The position numbers and the translations under genes are program-made. A DNA stretch of 64,000 nt from Polyangiaceae bacterium. GTDB lineage: Bacteria > Myxococcota_A > Polyangia > Polyangiales > Polyangiaceae. Positions 1-9,082 of the stretch are shown in pieces. The stretch spans positions 64,001 to 128,000 of the forward strand of contig JANRKO010000039.1 in NCBI GenBank assembly GCA_033763455.1. The letters are read 5' to 3'. The notes under the pieces are model-generated. The model saw nothing but the letters and a program-made list of their open reading frames with translations, did no database searches and had not been told where the DNA came from. Within the stretch, counting starts at the first letter, position 1; each line of letters begins with the position of its first letter.

Positions 1-175
1 TGCCACCGCTCGCACTCCCAAGGCTCGTGTTTCCACCGCTACCAACACCCGCTGCAGTGCCTCCGCTCGCAGTCGCTTCGTGTCGGCGCTGAACCGACTC
101 ACCCCCACAGGCTATCACCATTAGGCCCAAGGCCGTTGAGCCGCCCATGGCAGCTAAATACCTATTCGAGAACAT
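1..175 (-). CDS. Lipoprotein, N-terminal part only (runs off window start)
   Basis: My translation from ATG at 175: MFSNRYLAAMGGSTALGLMVIACGGESVQ...ASGGTAAGVGSGG. It has a lipobox-like VIAC, a Gly/Ser linker and GGAG upstream. Not in the ORF track. Confidence 0.7.
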   Translation of the reverse strand, partial: MFSNRYLAAMGGSTALGLMVIACGGESVQRRHEATASGGTAAGVGSGGNTSLGSASGG

Positions 176-264
176 GCCTTCACTCCGTGGTGCTAGACCG
201 AGTGGGTGCGTACCATCACCGCTCGGACGGCAAGCTTAGCCTGAATTGAAGGGTGCTTGAGCCG

Positions 265-1044
265 CTACTTGTGGCAGCGCAAGCCGCGAGGTTCTGCTAA
301 TTGAGGAAAATTCTTGTGCCCATGTGCGAACTGCTCCGCCGTTACCACGCGGTTCCCTGGGTCCGGGTGAGTGGAAAAGAACTCAGGAACCTGCAACGGC
401 TCATCCGCTAAGCGTTTGAAAAAACTCGCCATGCCATTCGGGCGAATACCGGCGGCAACAAGCAATTCCAAACCCAGCCTATCGGCCTCCGCTTCTTGCT
501 CTCGGCTAACGCGCAAAATCTCCACGTTGCCCAATAAATACGCGGGCACCTGGAAGCTCGTATCCCCGAACACAATGCCAACTGCGCTCCACCCGCTCAC
601 CTGCCTCAATATAGTGCGCGTAGAATGGCGAAGCTCGACGTGCTGGAGCTCGTGAGCGACCACAGCGGCTATCTCTTCTCCACTCTTGGCCTTCTCGATC
701 AAGCCGAAGTTGATGGTGATGAAACCGCCCGGCAAGGCAAATGCATTTACCTGAGGATCGTCGACGACGGAGAACTCGTAACGAAAGGGTGAGCCGGAGA
801 GGCGGCTCACAAGTGGCTTGGTAATGGTTGCGATGTAACTTGCCAACTCGGGGTTGTCACAACGCTGCCCAAGAAAACGCTGCTGTTGCGACAGGGCTCG
901 CCCAATTGAAATGTCCAGCTCTGGCGAGAGATGCGGGGTCAAAAAGGCCGCTACCACCCCCGCCCCCCGCACGACCAACCAAACCACCAGAACCAAACCA
1001 GCAAGCAGAATACTCAGCTCGACAACGGTACGCCGCCCGCTCAT
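265..1044 (-). CDS. M48 family zinc metallopeptidase
   Basis: VNAFALPGG, HELQH (HEXXH), SREQEAEAD and STHP motifs; N-terminal TM helix; start placed at ATG 1044. Confidence 0.9.
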   Translation of the reverse strand: MSGRRTVVELSILLAGLVLVVWLVVRGAGVVAAFLTPHLSPELDISIGRALSQQQRFLGQRCDNPELASYIATITKPLVSRLSGSPFRYEFSVVDDPQVNAFALPGGFITINFGLIEKAKSGEEIAAVVAHELQHVELRHSTRTILRQVSGWSAVGIVFGDTSFQVPAYLLGNVEILRVSREQEAEADRLGLELLVAAGIRPNGMASFFKRLADEPLQVPEFFSTHPDPGNRVVTAEQFAHGHKNFPQLAEPRGLRCHK

Positions 1045-1202
1045 CGTGAAGCCCTGCGTTGGGGGAATATCAGCTGGTTGCATAGGAAAACACTGTTTTT
1101 TGGGGATACGTACTACTCTTCGAGCCACGCGAACCTATGCACAAGGCTTGCCGGCTGAGCTCCAATTGGGCATAGCACGGAGGCCAAACCCGAGAACCTA
1201 AG

Positions 1203-1901
1203 ATGCAGCACAAAATTGAGCATGGCCCAGCTTTCTCGTGGCTCCGCGTCACTCTGGAACGGGGAGAAAGTATTCGAGCGGAGGCGGGCGCCATGGTGAT
1301 GAGGTCGACTCAAGTCGAGATGGAAACGCACCTGAATGCTGGCTACAAGCCGGGTATCTTCCAGCTCATGTGGGCATTTCTCGTGGCGCTTCTGCGCAAG
1401 CTCTTTGGAGGCGAGACGATGTTCCTCAATGATTTTTCCACTCAGGCCGCGCAAGCTGAAGTAGTGCTTGCCCCCGCGCTAGCGGGCGACATCCTCCACA
1501 AGCGGATGAACGCAGGCCAGAAGCTGTTCGTGCAAGCGGGGGGCTACCTCGCAAGCTCCGGAAGCCTCAACGCCCAGCTACGTTTTGGCGGGTTGCGCAC
1601 ATTATTCGGCGGTGAGGGGCTCGTGTTGCTGGAGTGTACGGGCGAAGGAGATCTGTTTGTGAACTCCTATGGCGGAATCACCCCCGTTGAAGTGCGCGGT
1701 TCGCTCACGGTGGACACCGGCCACATTGTGGCGTTCGACGGAAGTTTGGATTTTAAGGTAGGCAGCGTGGGCGGGCTGAAGAGCCTATTTTTGTCGGGTG
1801 AAGGGCTCGTGTGTCGCTTTTTCGGGCAGGGCACCGTCTACGTGCAGTCACGCAACCTAGAGAGCCTCGCAAGTTGGATTTCCCCGATGCTTCCCGGTTA
1901 A
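1203..1901 (+). CDS. AIM24/TIGR00266 family protein (copy 1)
   Basis: AEAGAMV, FGGETMF, VDTGHIVAF, SGEGLV and YVQSR motifs. Confidence 0.9.
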   Translation: MQHKIEHGPAFSWLRVTLERGESIRAEAGAMVMRSTQVEMETHLNAGYKPGIFQLMWAFLVALLRKLFGGETMFLNDFSTQAAQAEVVLAPALAGDILHKRMNAGQKLFVQAGGYLASSGSLNAQLRFGGLRTLFGGEGLVLLECTGEGDLFVNSYGGITPVEVRGSLTVDTGHIVAFDGSLDFKVGSVGGLKSLFLSGEGLVCRFFGQGTVYVQSRNLESLASWISPMLPG

Positions 1902-1917
1902 CAGCAAGGTAAGGCCC

Positions 1918-2607
1918 ATGAAATTTGAGCTCCAATACCGCCCTTCCCACGCGCTCGCCACCGTACACCTCGCTCCAGGTGAAACGCTGCGCGCAGAAGC
2001 CAGCTCCCTAGTTAGCATGACGCGCAACCTCCAGGTGCAGACGTCCTTTAGAGGCCGCGCAGGCTCCGGGATCCTCGGCAGCCTGAAACGTGGATTTTTG
2101 GGTGGCGAGAGCTTCTTCACCAACACCTTCACAGCGGTAGGCCAGGGCGGGCATGTGTCCCTCGCACCCAAGCTGTGTGGCGATATGGTAGTTCACGAGT
2201 TAACTCCTCCTGAGGAGCTCTTCATTCAGGGTTCAAGCTACGTGGCCGCTCCCGATAGCGTGGCTCTGGATACTGAGTGGCAAGGCATGAAGAGCTTCTT
2301 GTCAGGCGAGTCACTTTTCTTTTTGCGGGCGTACGGCGCCGGGCCCGTCTTGCTGAATGCTTTTGGCGCTATCCAACCCATCGATTTGGACGGCGAGCTC
2401 ATCTTAGATACGGGGCACCTGGTCGCATTCACTGGGGGTATCCAGTACGAAATCACCAAGGCCAGTCGCGGGTGGATTGATAGCTTCCTTTCCGGCGAGG
2501 GTTTCGTGCTGCGAGTGTGGGGGCGCGGAAAGCTCTACGTTCAGACACGAAATCCCCAAGAATATGGCCGCTCACTCGGCAAGCGGCTCCCAGCGAGGCA
2601 AGCATGA
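1918..2607 (+). CDS. AIM24/TIGR00266 family protein (copy 2)
   Basis: LGGESFF, LDTGHLVAF, SGEGFV and YVQTRNP motifs. Confidence 0.9.
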   Translation: MKFELQYRPSHALATVHLAPGETLRAEASSLVSMTRNLQVQTSFRGRAGSGILGSLKRGFLGGESFFTNTFTAVGQGGHVSLAPKLCGDMVVHELTPPEELFIQGSSYVAAPDSVALDTEWQGMKSFLSGESLFFLRAYGAGPVLLNAFGAIQPIDLDGELILDTGHLVAFTGGIQYEITKASRGWIDSFLSGEGFVLRVWGRGKLYVQTRNPQEYGRSLGKRLPARQA

Positions 2608-3293
2608 AGCACGAAGTTTTGGGCGGGGCCGATTACGGTCTCTTACAGATTACCTTTGAAGCGCCGGGCGAACGCGTCGTCGCTGAGTCCGGAGCTCTTC
2701 TGGCGATGGACTCTGAAATAGAGATCAGTACAAGCGCTCGCGGAGGCCTACTCGGCGCAGCTAAACGCAAGCTGCTTGGGGGGGAGTCCATCTTTCAAAA
2801 CACTTTCACCGCTAAAGCTGCGGGGCAACGGCTGTGGCTCGCCCCGCCTGTGGAAGGCGAGCTCAAGGCCATCGAGCTTCAAGCGGGCGAAGTGTTCTAT
2901 CTTCAGAGCGGGGCCTACGTCGCTCAACTCGGAGAGCAGCTCAAGCTCAACACCCAATGGGGTGGCGTGAAGGGCTTCTTCAGTGGCGTTGGCCTGTTCT
3001 TGTTGAAGGTTGAAGGCCCGGGCACGGTATTTTTCGGTGGGTACGGCGCCTTGCATCCGGTAGTGGTAGATCGCGAGGGCTACACCGCGGATACGGGCCA
3101 CATTGTGGCCTTCACATCAGGCCTCAACTACCAGGTTCGCACTTTCGGCGGCATGAAGGGGTTATTCTTGTCTGGTGAAGGCCTCATTTGCGATTTTCAA
3201 GGCCACGGCACCGTTTACCTGCAAACGCGTGATCCACACCTACTCGCGGACTTTCTGCACCCTTTCCGCCCCGTCCAGAGCTCGAACAGCTGA
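2604..3293 (+). CDS. AIM24/TIGR00266 family protein (copy 3)
   Basis: ATGA overlap with the upstream stop; AESGAL, LGGESIF, DTGHIVAF and SGEGL motifs. Confidence 0.9.
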   Translation: MKHEVLGGADYGLLQITFEAPGERVVAESGALLAMDSEIEISTSARGGLLGAAKRKLLGGESIFQNTFTAKAAGQRLWLAPPVEGELKAIELQAGEVFYLQSGAYVAQLGEQLKLNTQWGGVKGFFSGVGLFLLKVEGPGTVFFGGYGALHPVVVDREGYTADTGHIVAFTSGLNYQVRTFGGMKGLFLSGEGLICDFQGHGTVYLQTRDPHLLADFLHPFRPVQSSNS

Positions 3294-3635
3294 TAGCGTG
3301 CTCCCACGGCAACGCCTCAAAATCACCCACCAACATCTATGCCGCGGAATCGGGGACGGTATGGCGCGATCGACGCCACGCTGAAGCCGCCGTGCTGCCT
3401 CCACCTTCGCAAAACCACGCCGTGCCTCGGCTGTGCGTGGCCGTGAGGCGCGGCAACAAAGACGACCATGGAAAACCTAAGGCTAACCTTCGTACACTCA
3501 AGGGGGTCACGCGGCGATTAGAGTACTTAGCATAACAAGTACCTGCTGCGGTGCTGTAAGGGCTCCGAGGTAAGGTGTAAACGCGGCTCAACTTTCCCCG
3601 CCGGCGTAAGCGCTGCTCTATTTCTCTGGCCGCAG

Positions 3636-5270
3636 CTACTTAGCCCAGTCCGCGGCAAGTAATGTACCCGGGCGCGCCACCTTTAGCTTAGCGCGTGCAC
3701 CTTCGAATTTCGGTTCGTTCCAAAACATTAAGCAGCCGTTGCATCCCAATCCACAGCAACCCTCTAGCCCCAAGCGCGGCGGTGGCCGGACCTCTTTTGA
3801 ACGCGCACTCGCCACGAGGGCTGACGCGGGGATTAGCCCCAATTCTGCCTTCTGAGCCTGCTGATTGGCCTTTAAGAAGCCGGCTTGTTCGGCATTCAAG
3901 AGCGCACGCTTTCGCACCAGCGTTCCGAGTGGCAACCTTTGGCGCAAGCTCGACTGATCTTCATTGTGAAAGAGGCTCATCGGAATGCGCGCCGCTCGGC
4001 CATCACCGGCAGAGAGCTTCTCTTTCTTCTCCAAAGATGCGGCATCGATCAGATCGTACAAACGCAGGCGTACCGCCGATAAATCGCCGGGCGGTAGAAA
4101 TTCCAAGATATCTCCGGGAAGCCAACGGTTGCGAAGCTCCACCACCAACGCATCCGCCTCCCATTCGCGAACGAAACCCGCAAACTCAAACGCACTCAGA
4201 GATTGTCCGTTTTCGTAGTCGTGCGCCAAATTCGTGAGGCGGCCTTCGTGAAAGCCCAAGGTATACCCTCGTGATTTGGTGGCCTCGAGCTCGCTCATGA
4301 AAGGCCGAAAATCCCAAGCTTCAGGATCCGCATAATACGCGTCTATCGCTTGCCTATAGGCGCGCGCTACAAGGCCTACGTAATATTCATTCTTGTTTCG
4401 CCCCTCCACCTTAAGCGAATCCACACCTAGCTTCAGGTATTGGTCGAGCTTTGGCATCAGGCATAAATCGCGGGAATTTAGAATGTACGAACCGCGCTCA
4501 TCTTCCTCAATCGGGAATAGCTGCCCTGGCCTAAATTCTTCCTCAAGAAAGAACTTGAAATCATCCATGTTCTTATCGGTGATTTCCATCACTTCGGTGG
4601 TGCCGTCTGCACGCGCCACCTTCAAGTTGTATTTCCAGCGGCAGCTGTGCGCACAGTTGCCCTGATTGCTGCCTCGCTCAGCCATATAGTTGCTGAGCAA
4701 GCAACGCCCAGAATACGTCATACACAGCGCGCCATGGATGAATGTCTCTAGCCGAATATTAGGAGAACGTTCGCGGATCTCTGATAGCTCTTCAAAGCTT
4801 ACTTCGCGCGAGAGCACGCATAGCGCCGCGCCTTGTTTCTGCCAGTAATCCACCGTGAGGAAGGAGGAAACATTGGCCTGGGTTGAGATATGGCGCTCCA
4901 ACCACGGCGCCTCATCTTTAAAGAACTGGAAAACTCCAGGGTCCGCCACGATTATGCCATCGGGGCGCAAGTCCGAGAGCAGATCTTTGAAACGCGCTAA
5001 CGTCTCGACGTCCCGATTGTGCGTGAAGAGATTGAGCGTGAGGTAGATGCGCTTGCCCGCGGCATGGGTCAGGGCAATGCCTTCGGCGAGGTCATCGACC
5101 GAAAATTCGGACTGCGTGCGCAGAGAAAGATCGGGGGTCCCAGCGTAGACGGCGTCGGCTCCGTAGAGCAAAGCTGTCTTGAGGCAGCTCAAGGACCCTG
5201 CCGGCATCAAGAGTTCGCTCTTCCTGGGGGTTACGGCGGAGGGCGAAACGGGGGAGGTTGAGGCTGGCAT
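3636..5270 (-). CDS. trhP: U32 peptidase-family tRNA U34 hydroxylase (TrhP/YegQ-like) with Cys-rich C-terminal extension
   Basis: ELLMPAG, GADAVY, HISTQAN, CMTYSGRC...NQGNCAHSCRW (four Fe-S cysteines), SLKVEGR; divergent from cmoAB. Confidence 0.8.
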   Translation of the reverse strand: MPASTSPVSPSAVTPRKSELLMPAGSLSCLKTALLYGADAVYAGTPDLSLRTQSEFSVDDLAEGIALTHAAGKRIYLTLNLFTHNRDVETLARFKDLLSDLRPDGIIVADPGVFQFFKDEAPWLERHISTQANVSSFLTVDYWQKQGAALCVLSREVSFEELSEIRERSPNIRLETFIHGALCMTYSGRCLLSNYMAERGSNQGNCAHSCRWKYNLKVARADGTTEVMEITDKNMDDFKFFLEEEFRPGQLFPIEEDERGSYILNSRDLCLMPKLDQYLKLGVDSLKVEGRNKNEYYVGLVARAYRQAIDAYYADPEAWDFRPFMSELEATKSRGYTLGFHEGRLTNLAHDYENGQSLSAFEFAGFVREWEADALVVELRNRWLPGDILEFLPPGDLSAVRLRLYDLIDAASLEKKEKLSAGDGRAARIPMSLFHNEDQSSLRQRLPLGTLVRKRALLNAEQAGFLKANQQAQKAELGLIPASALVASARSKEVRPPPRLGLEGCCGLGCNGCLMFWNEPKFEGARAKLKVARPGTLLAADWAK

Positions 5271-5335
5271 AGGGCACACTTTGGATGCTGGCGACTAGCA
5301 TACTTCCTTGGCAAAGTTGGCTAGATTGGAGACGC

Positions 5336-6067
5336 ATGAGCCAGGAGCGCGACGAGATCTTCCGTAAAAAGCTGAGTGAAGTAGGGGATTTTCGCTTCAA
5401 CGCTGAAGTGGCGCAGGTCTTCGACGACATGATTCGGCGCTCGCTCCCTGGCTACGCCACCATCTTGGATATGCTGAGCGTGCTGGCGCTGCGGTTCGCC
5501 CAACCGAACACGTCCGTCTACGATCTTGGGTGTTCGCTCGGCGCAGCGACTCTGGCCATGCGGCGCGGGGTAGGGCACCGCCAGGTCTCCTTCATTGCTG
5601 TGGACACGAGCCCCGACATGGTGGAGCGGTGCCGGCGGGCCACCGCAGGGGCCCCGGGGAGCTCGGTCACAGTCGTGTGCGACGACATCCGCAACATTCC
5701 GATCGAAAACGCCTCTCTGGTAGTTCTCAACTTCACGCTCCAGTTCATTGCTGTACCTGAGCGCGAAGCACTGCTCCGGCGCATCAAGAATGGCCTCCGC
5801 CCCGGTGGGGCGCTCATCCTTTCAGAAAAGCTTGCGTTCGAGGGCAGTGAACAGAGCGACCTATTTACCTCACTCCATGATTCGTTTCGTCTGCAAAATG
5901 GCTACACCGATCTGGAGATCAGCCAAAAGCGAACAGCGTTAGAGAAGGTTCTATTCAACGAAACGGAGGCCACCCACGTGGCGAGGTTGCGCCGCGTTGG
6001 CTTTGCTACTGTTGAAACCTGGTTTCGATGCGTTAACTTCGGCTCCATGCTCGCAGTTCGGGAGTAA
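5336..6067 (+). CDS. cmoA: Carboxy-S-adenosyl-L-methionine synthase
   Basis: FRFNAEVAQVFDDMIRRS, YDLGCSLGA, VLNFTLQF, EISQKRTALE, WFRCVNF; GGAG before ATG 5336. Confidence 0.93.
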   Translation: MSQERDEIFRKKLSEVGDFRFNAEVAQVFDDMIRRSLPGYATILDMLSVLALRFAQPNTSVYDLGCSLGAATLAMRRGVGHRQVSFIAVDTSPDMVERCRRATAGAPGSSVTVVCDDIRNIPIENASLVVLNFTLQFIAVPEREALLRRIKNGLRPGGALILSEKLAFEGSEQSDLFTSLHDSFRLQNGYTDLEISQKRTALEKVLFNETEATHVARLRRVGFATVETWFRCVNFGSMLAVRE

Positions 6068-6068
6068 T

Positions 6069-7058
6069 GTGAGCGAGCTACCGTCACTTTACGTATTGCT
6101 GCCAGCAGAGCTCAGCCGTGCGCTCTTAGCTCTTCATTTTGGCGAAGGTACTGCAGAGGAGCTGCTGGGTGCGGCCGAGGAAAAGCTCCACCGGGAAAAC
6201 CCAGGCGATGCGATGAAGTGGGCGAATGCCATCCACGCTTTGCCCAACGGCGATGTCACTACAGATTTCGCGCGTGAGAGCCCGCGCCTCGGACAGGCAC
6301 TGGCGAGTAACCTACCCAAGATCGAAAGCGGGCTGCGGGAACTCGGCCCCTGGAGGAAAGGTCCTTTTACCGTGGGAGGCGTGGAGGTGGATGCGGAGTG
6401 GCGCTCGAATCTAAAGTTCGAACGCATCGAGCCGCATGTGAACCTCGAAGGTTGCCGCGTGCTCGATGTGGGCTCGGGCAACGGCTACTATTGCCTGCGT
6501 GCACTCGGTGCTGGGGCGAAGGTGGTGCTCGGCATCGACCCTACGTGGTTGTATGTGGCGCAATTTGCGGCCCTCCAAAAATTAATGCCGCCACAGCCTG
6601 CGTGGGTGCTGCCATTCACCCTCGAAGATCTACCCGCTGCCGCAGCTGGCTTCGACTATGTGTTTTCTATGGGTGTGCTCTATCACCGCCGCGCACCGCT
6701 CGATCACTTAAGAGCGCTACATCAACGGCTTAAGCCCGGGGGCACACTCGTGCTGGAAACTCTTGTAATCGACGCGGAGCTCGGGCCATCGCTGATCCCC
6801 AATGGGCGCTACGCGGGCATGCGGAACGTGTGGCAAATTCCCTCTACGGAAACACTGTTGAGCTGGCTTAAGGCATGTGGCTACGAGCACGCACGTATTG
6901 TTGATATCACGCGCACGCTTCCGGCAGAGCAGCGAGCAACCTCGTGGAGCTCGCCGCATTCTTTGATTAACGTCTTAGACGCAAACGATCCGGCGCGCAC
7001 AATCGAAGGCTATCCGGGGCCCACAAGAGCGGTTGCCATCGCGAATTCACCTGGCTGA
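6069..7058 (+). CDS. cmoB: tRNA U34 carboxymethyltransferase
   Basis: PWRKGPF, DAEWRS, LDVGSGNGY, GIDP, SMGVLYHRR, YAGMRNVW, TIEGYPGP; GTG start just after the cmoA stop. Confidence 0.93.
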   Translation: MSELPSLYVLLPAELSRALLALHFGEGTAEELLGAAEEKLHRENPGDAMKWANAIHALPNGDVTTDFARESPRLGQALASNLPKIESGLRELGPWRKGPFTVGGVEVDAEWRSNLKFERIEPHVNLEGCRVLDVGSGNGYYCLRALGAGAKVVLGIDPTWLYVAQFAALQKLMPPQPAWVLPFTLEDLPAAAAGFDYVFSMGVLYHRRAPLDHLRALHQRLKPGGTLVLETLVIDAELGPSLIPNGRYAGMRNVWQIPSTETLLSWLKACGYEHARIVDITRTLPAEQRATSWSSPHSLINVLDANDPARTIEGYPGPTRAVAIANSPG

Positions 7059-7323
7059 CGGGGACCACATAAGCTGACTGGTACCACGCCGATCCAGCCC
7101 TTGAATTTCGCTTGATCCACAACGTTTCAACTCTGCAAGGAGCAACGTTTGGAAAAAAAATGGCTTCAATTTCCGCCCTTGGGAAATTGTTCAGCGCCTC
7201 AGTAATTCCCACCTACATAAAGGCTATCGCGCCATCGCTTCGATAGGTTCTGGTGTGGACGGAGACGATGGCGACCGTTAGTCTTTATGCGTCTAGCCCC
7301 CTTGCAGTTAGGTGTAGGTAGTC

Positions 7324-9042
7324 ATGCCCCAAGTTCGTTGGATAGGTGCCGTTGTCCTTGCGTGTTGCGCTTCAGTCGTGGGTTGTCAGGCAGAGGTTGA
7401 TAGCAGCCGTCGCCCCAATGGCGGCCCAAGCCCGGTAGCCACGGACCCTAACACCGGCCTCCCGCTGGATCCAACCGGTACCGGCGGCACGGGCACACCG
7501 GGCTCCGCACCGCCTGGCGCAGTGGTCATGCGTCGCCTCACGCGCGACGAATATGACAACACCCTGCGCGATATTGCCGGCGTTACCCAGTCGCAAGCCG
7601 GTAGCTTTCCGAACGAAGAGACGGACTTCGGCTTTAACAATAACGGCGCCGCACTCACCTTCCCGCCCACCCTGGGAGACGCCGCTTTCACCGCAGCGCA
7701 AACCGCCGCTCGCCAGGTCGTCGCTAATTTCGCCACGCACGTGACCTGTGCCACACCTCAAACACCTGAGTGCGCCGACCAATTCATTACTGAGTTTGGC
7801 GAAAAGGCGTGGCGGCGGCCACTCACTGCCGCCGAGAAGACGCGCTTGCGCGGTGTCTTTGACGTCGGTAATTCGCAGACTGGGTTTGACCTCGGCATCG
7901 AGATGGTCACATCTTCGATGCTAATTTCCGCACCGTTCTTCTACCGCGTCGAGGTTGGTGACGGCATGCCTGTTCCCGGCAAGCAGAACCTTGTAAGGCC
8001 TACGTCGTGGGAAATGGCGTCACGCTTGTCGTATTTCTTGTGGAATTCTGCGCCTGACGCCACGCTCCGCTCTTTGGCCGCGCAAGATGCCCTGAAGGAT
8101 CCCGACGCGATCAAGGCCCAGGCGCTCGCTATGTTGGCGGATCCGCGTGCACGTCAAGCTGTTGCCAACTTCAACCAGCAGTGGCTTCAAACGGGCCGCA
8201 TGAACGGCATTAACAAAGATCCCAATATCTTCCCCGAGTGGAAGACCGAGCTTCGCCCGTTGCTTCGCAAAGAGATCGACACCTTGTTGGAGCGCGCAGC
8301 CTGGGATTCACCCTCCGGCCTTCAGGACATTCTGACGTCGAATACGACTTTCATGAATGCTGATTTGGCGAAGTTCTACGGCGTCACGGGCCCCACCGGC
8401 ACGGCGTTTGAGGCTGTCCAGGTAGATGCAGCCACCAGGAGCGGCATCCTCAGCCGGGCTGGTTTGCTCGCTATCGACGGGTTCGTAGAAACATCCCCCA
8501 CGCTGCGCGGTGCCTATATTCGCCGCAGGCTCCTGTGCGGTGAGCCCCCGCCTCCGGATCCGGCGGCTGCAGCGCTCAAGCCCCCCCCTTCGGCCACATC
8601 CACCACGCGTCAGCGCTCGGAGCAACACGCGAACGTAGAGCCCTGCAAGAGCTGCCACATGTTCATTGATCCGATTGGCTTCGGGCTGGAGAAGTACGAT
8701 GCGCTCGGCAAGTACCGCGAGATGCAGAACAATCTGCCCATCGACGACAGTGGCAATGTGGTTGGCATGGCCTCTAACGGGGCACAAATCGCAAGCGATA
8801 TTGGGCCCTTCAAGGGAGCCGTTGAGCTTGGCCAGAAGATGGCCGCCAGCACCACCGTTACCGATTGCTTCGCGCAACAGTGGTTCCGTTTCACGAATGG
8901 TCGCGCGCCAGTAGCAGCCGACGCTCCGGCGATTCAGGAGCTGGGCCAACTGGTGCGTACCAATGGCGGCAACCATCGTGAGCTCATCACCGCCCTCACG
9001 CAAACGGACGCGTTCTTGTATCGACCGGCGTCAGGCAGCTAA
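7324..9042 (+). CDS. DUF1592/DUF1588 (PSD/PSCyt) domain lipoprotein with one CxxCH
   Basis: Lipobox VVGC, MRRLTRDEYDNT, MASRLSYFLW, SPTLRG, CKSCH..IDPIGFGLEKYD. Confidence 0.88.
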   Translation: MPQVRWIGAVVLACCASVVGCQAEVDSSRRPNGGPSPVATDPNTGLPLDPTGTGGTGTPGSAPPGAVVMRRLTRDEYDNTLRDIAGVTQSQAGSFPNEETDFGFNNNGAALTFPPTLGDAAFTAAQTAARQVVANFATHVTCATPQTPECADQFITEFGEKAWRRPLTAAEKTRLRGVFDVGNSQTGFDLGIEMVTSSMLISAPFFYRVEVGDGMPVPGKQNLVRPTSWEMASRLSYFLWNSAPDATLRSLAAQDALKDPDAIKAQALAMLADPRARQAVANFNQQWLQTGRMNGINKDPNIFPEWKTELRPLLRKEIDTLLERAAWDSPSGLQDILTSNTTFMNADLAKFYGVTGPTGTAFEAVQVDAATRSGILSRAGLLAIDGFVETSPTLRGAYIRRRLLCGEPPPPDPAAAALKPPPSATSTTRQRSEQHANVEPCKSCHMFIDPIGFGLEKYDALGKYREMQNNLPIDDSGNVVGMASNGAQIASDIGPFKGAVELGQKMAASTTVTDCFAQQWFRFTNGRAPVAADAPAIQELGQLVRTNGGNHRELITALTQTDAFLYRPASGS

Positions 9043-9082
9043 GCAGTTCTCGACCTGTGGGCCTCGGGCTAACCCGCCGCGA

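Noticed and set aside
3340..3600. RNase P RNA or tmRNA in the gap (minus strand begins GGGGAAAGT)
   Set aside because: Lacks GAGGAAAGUCC, the conserved 3' motif and tRNA-like ends
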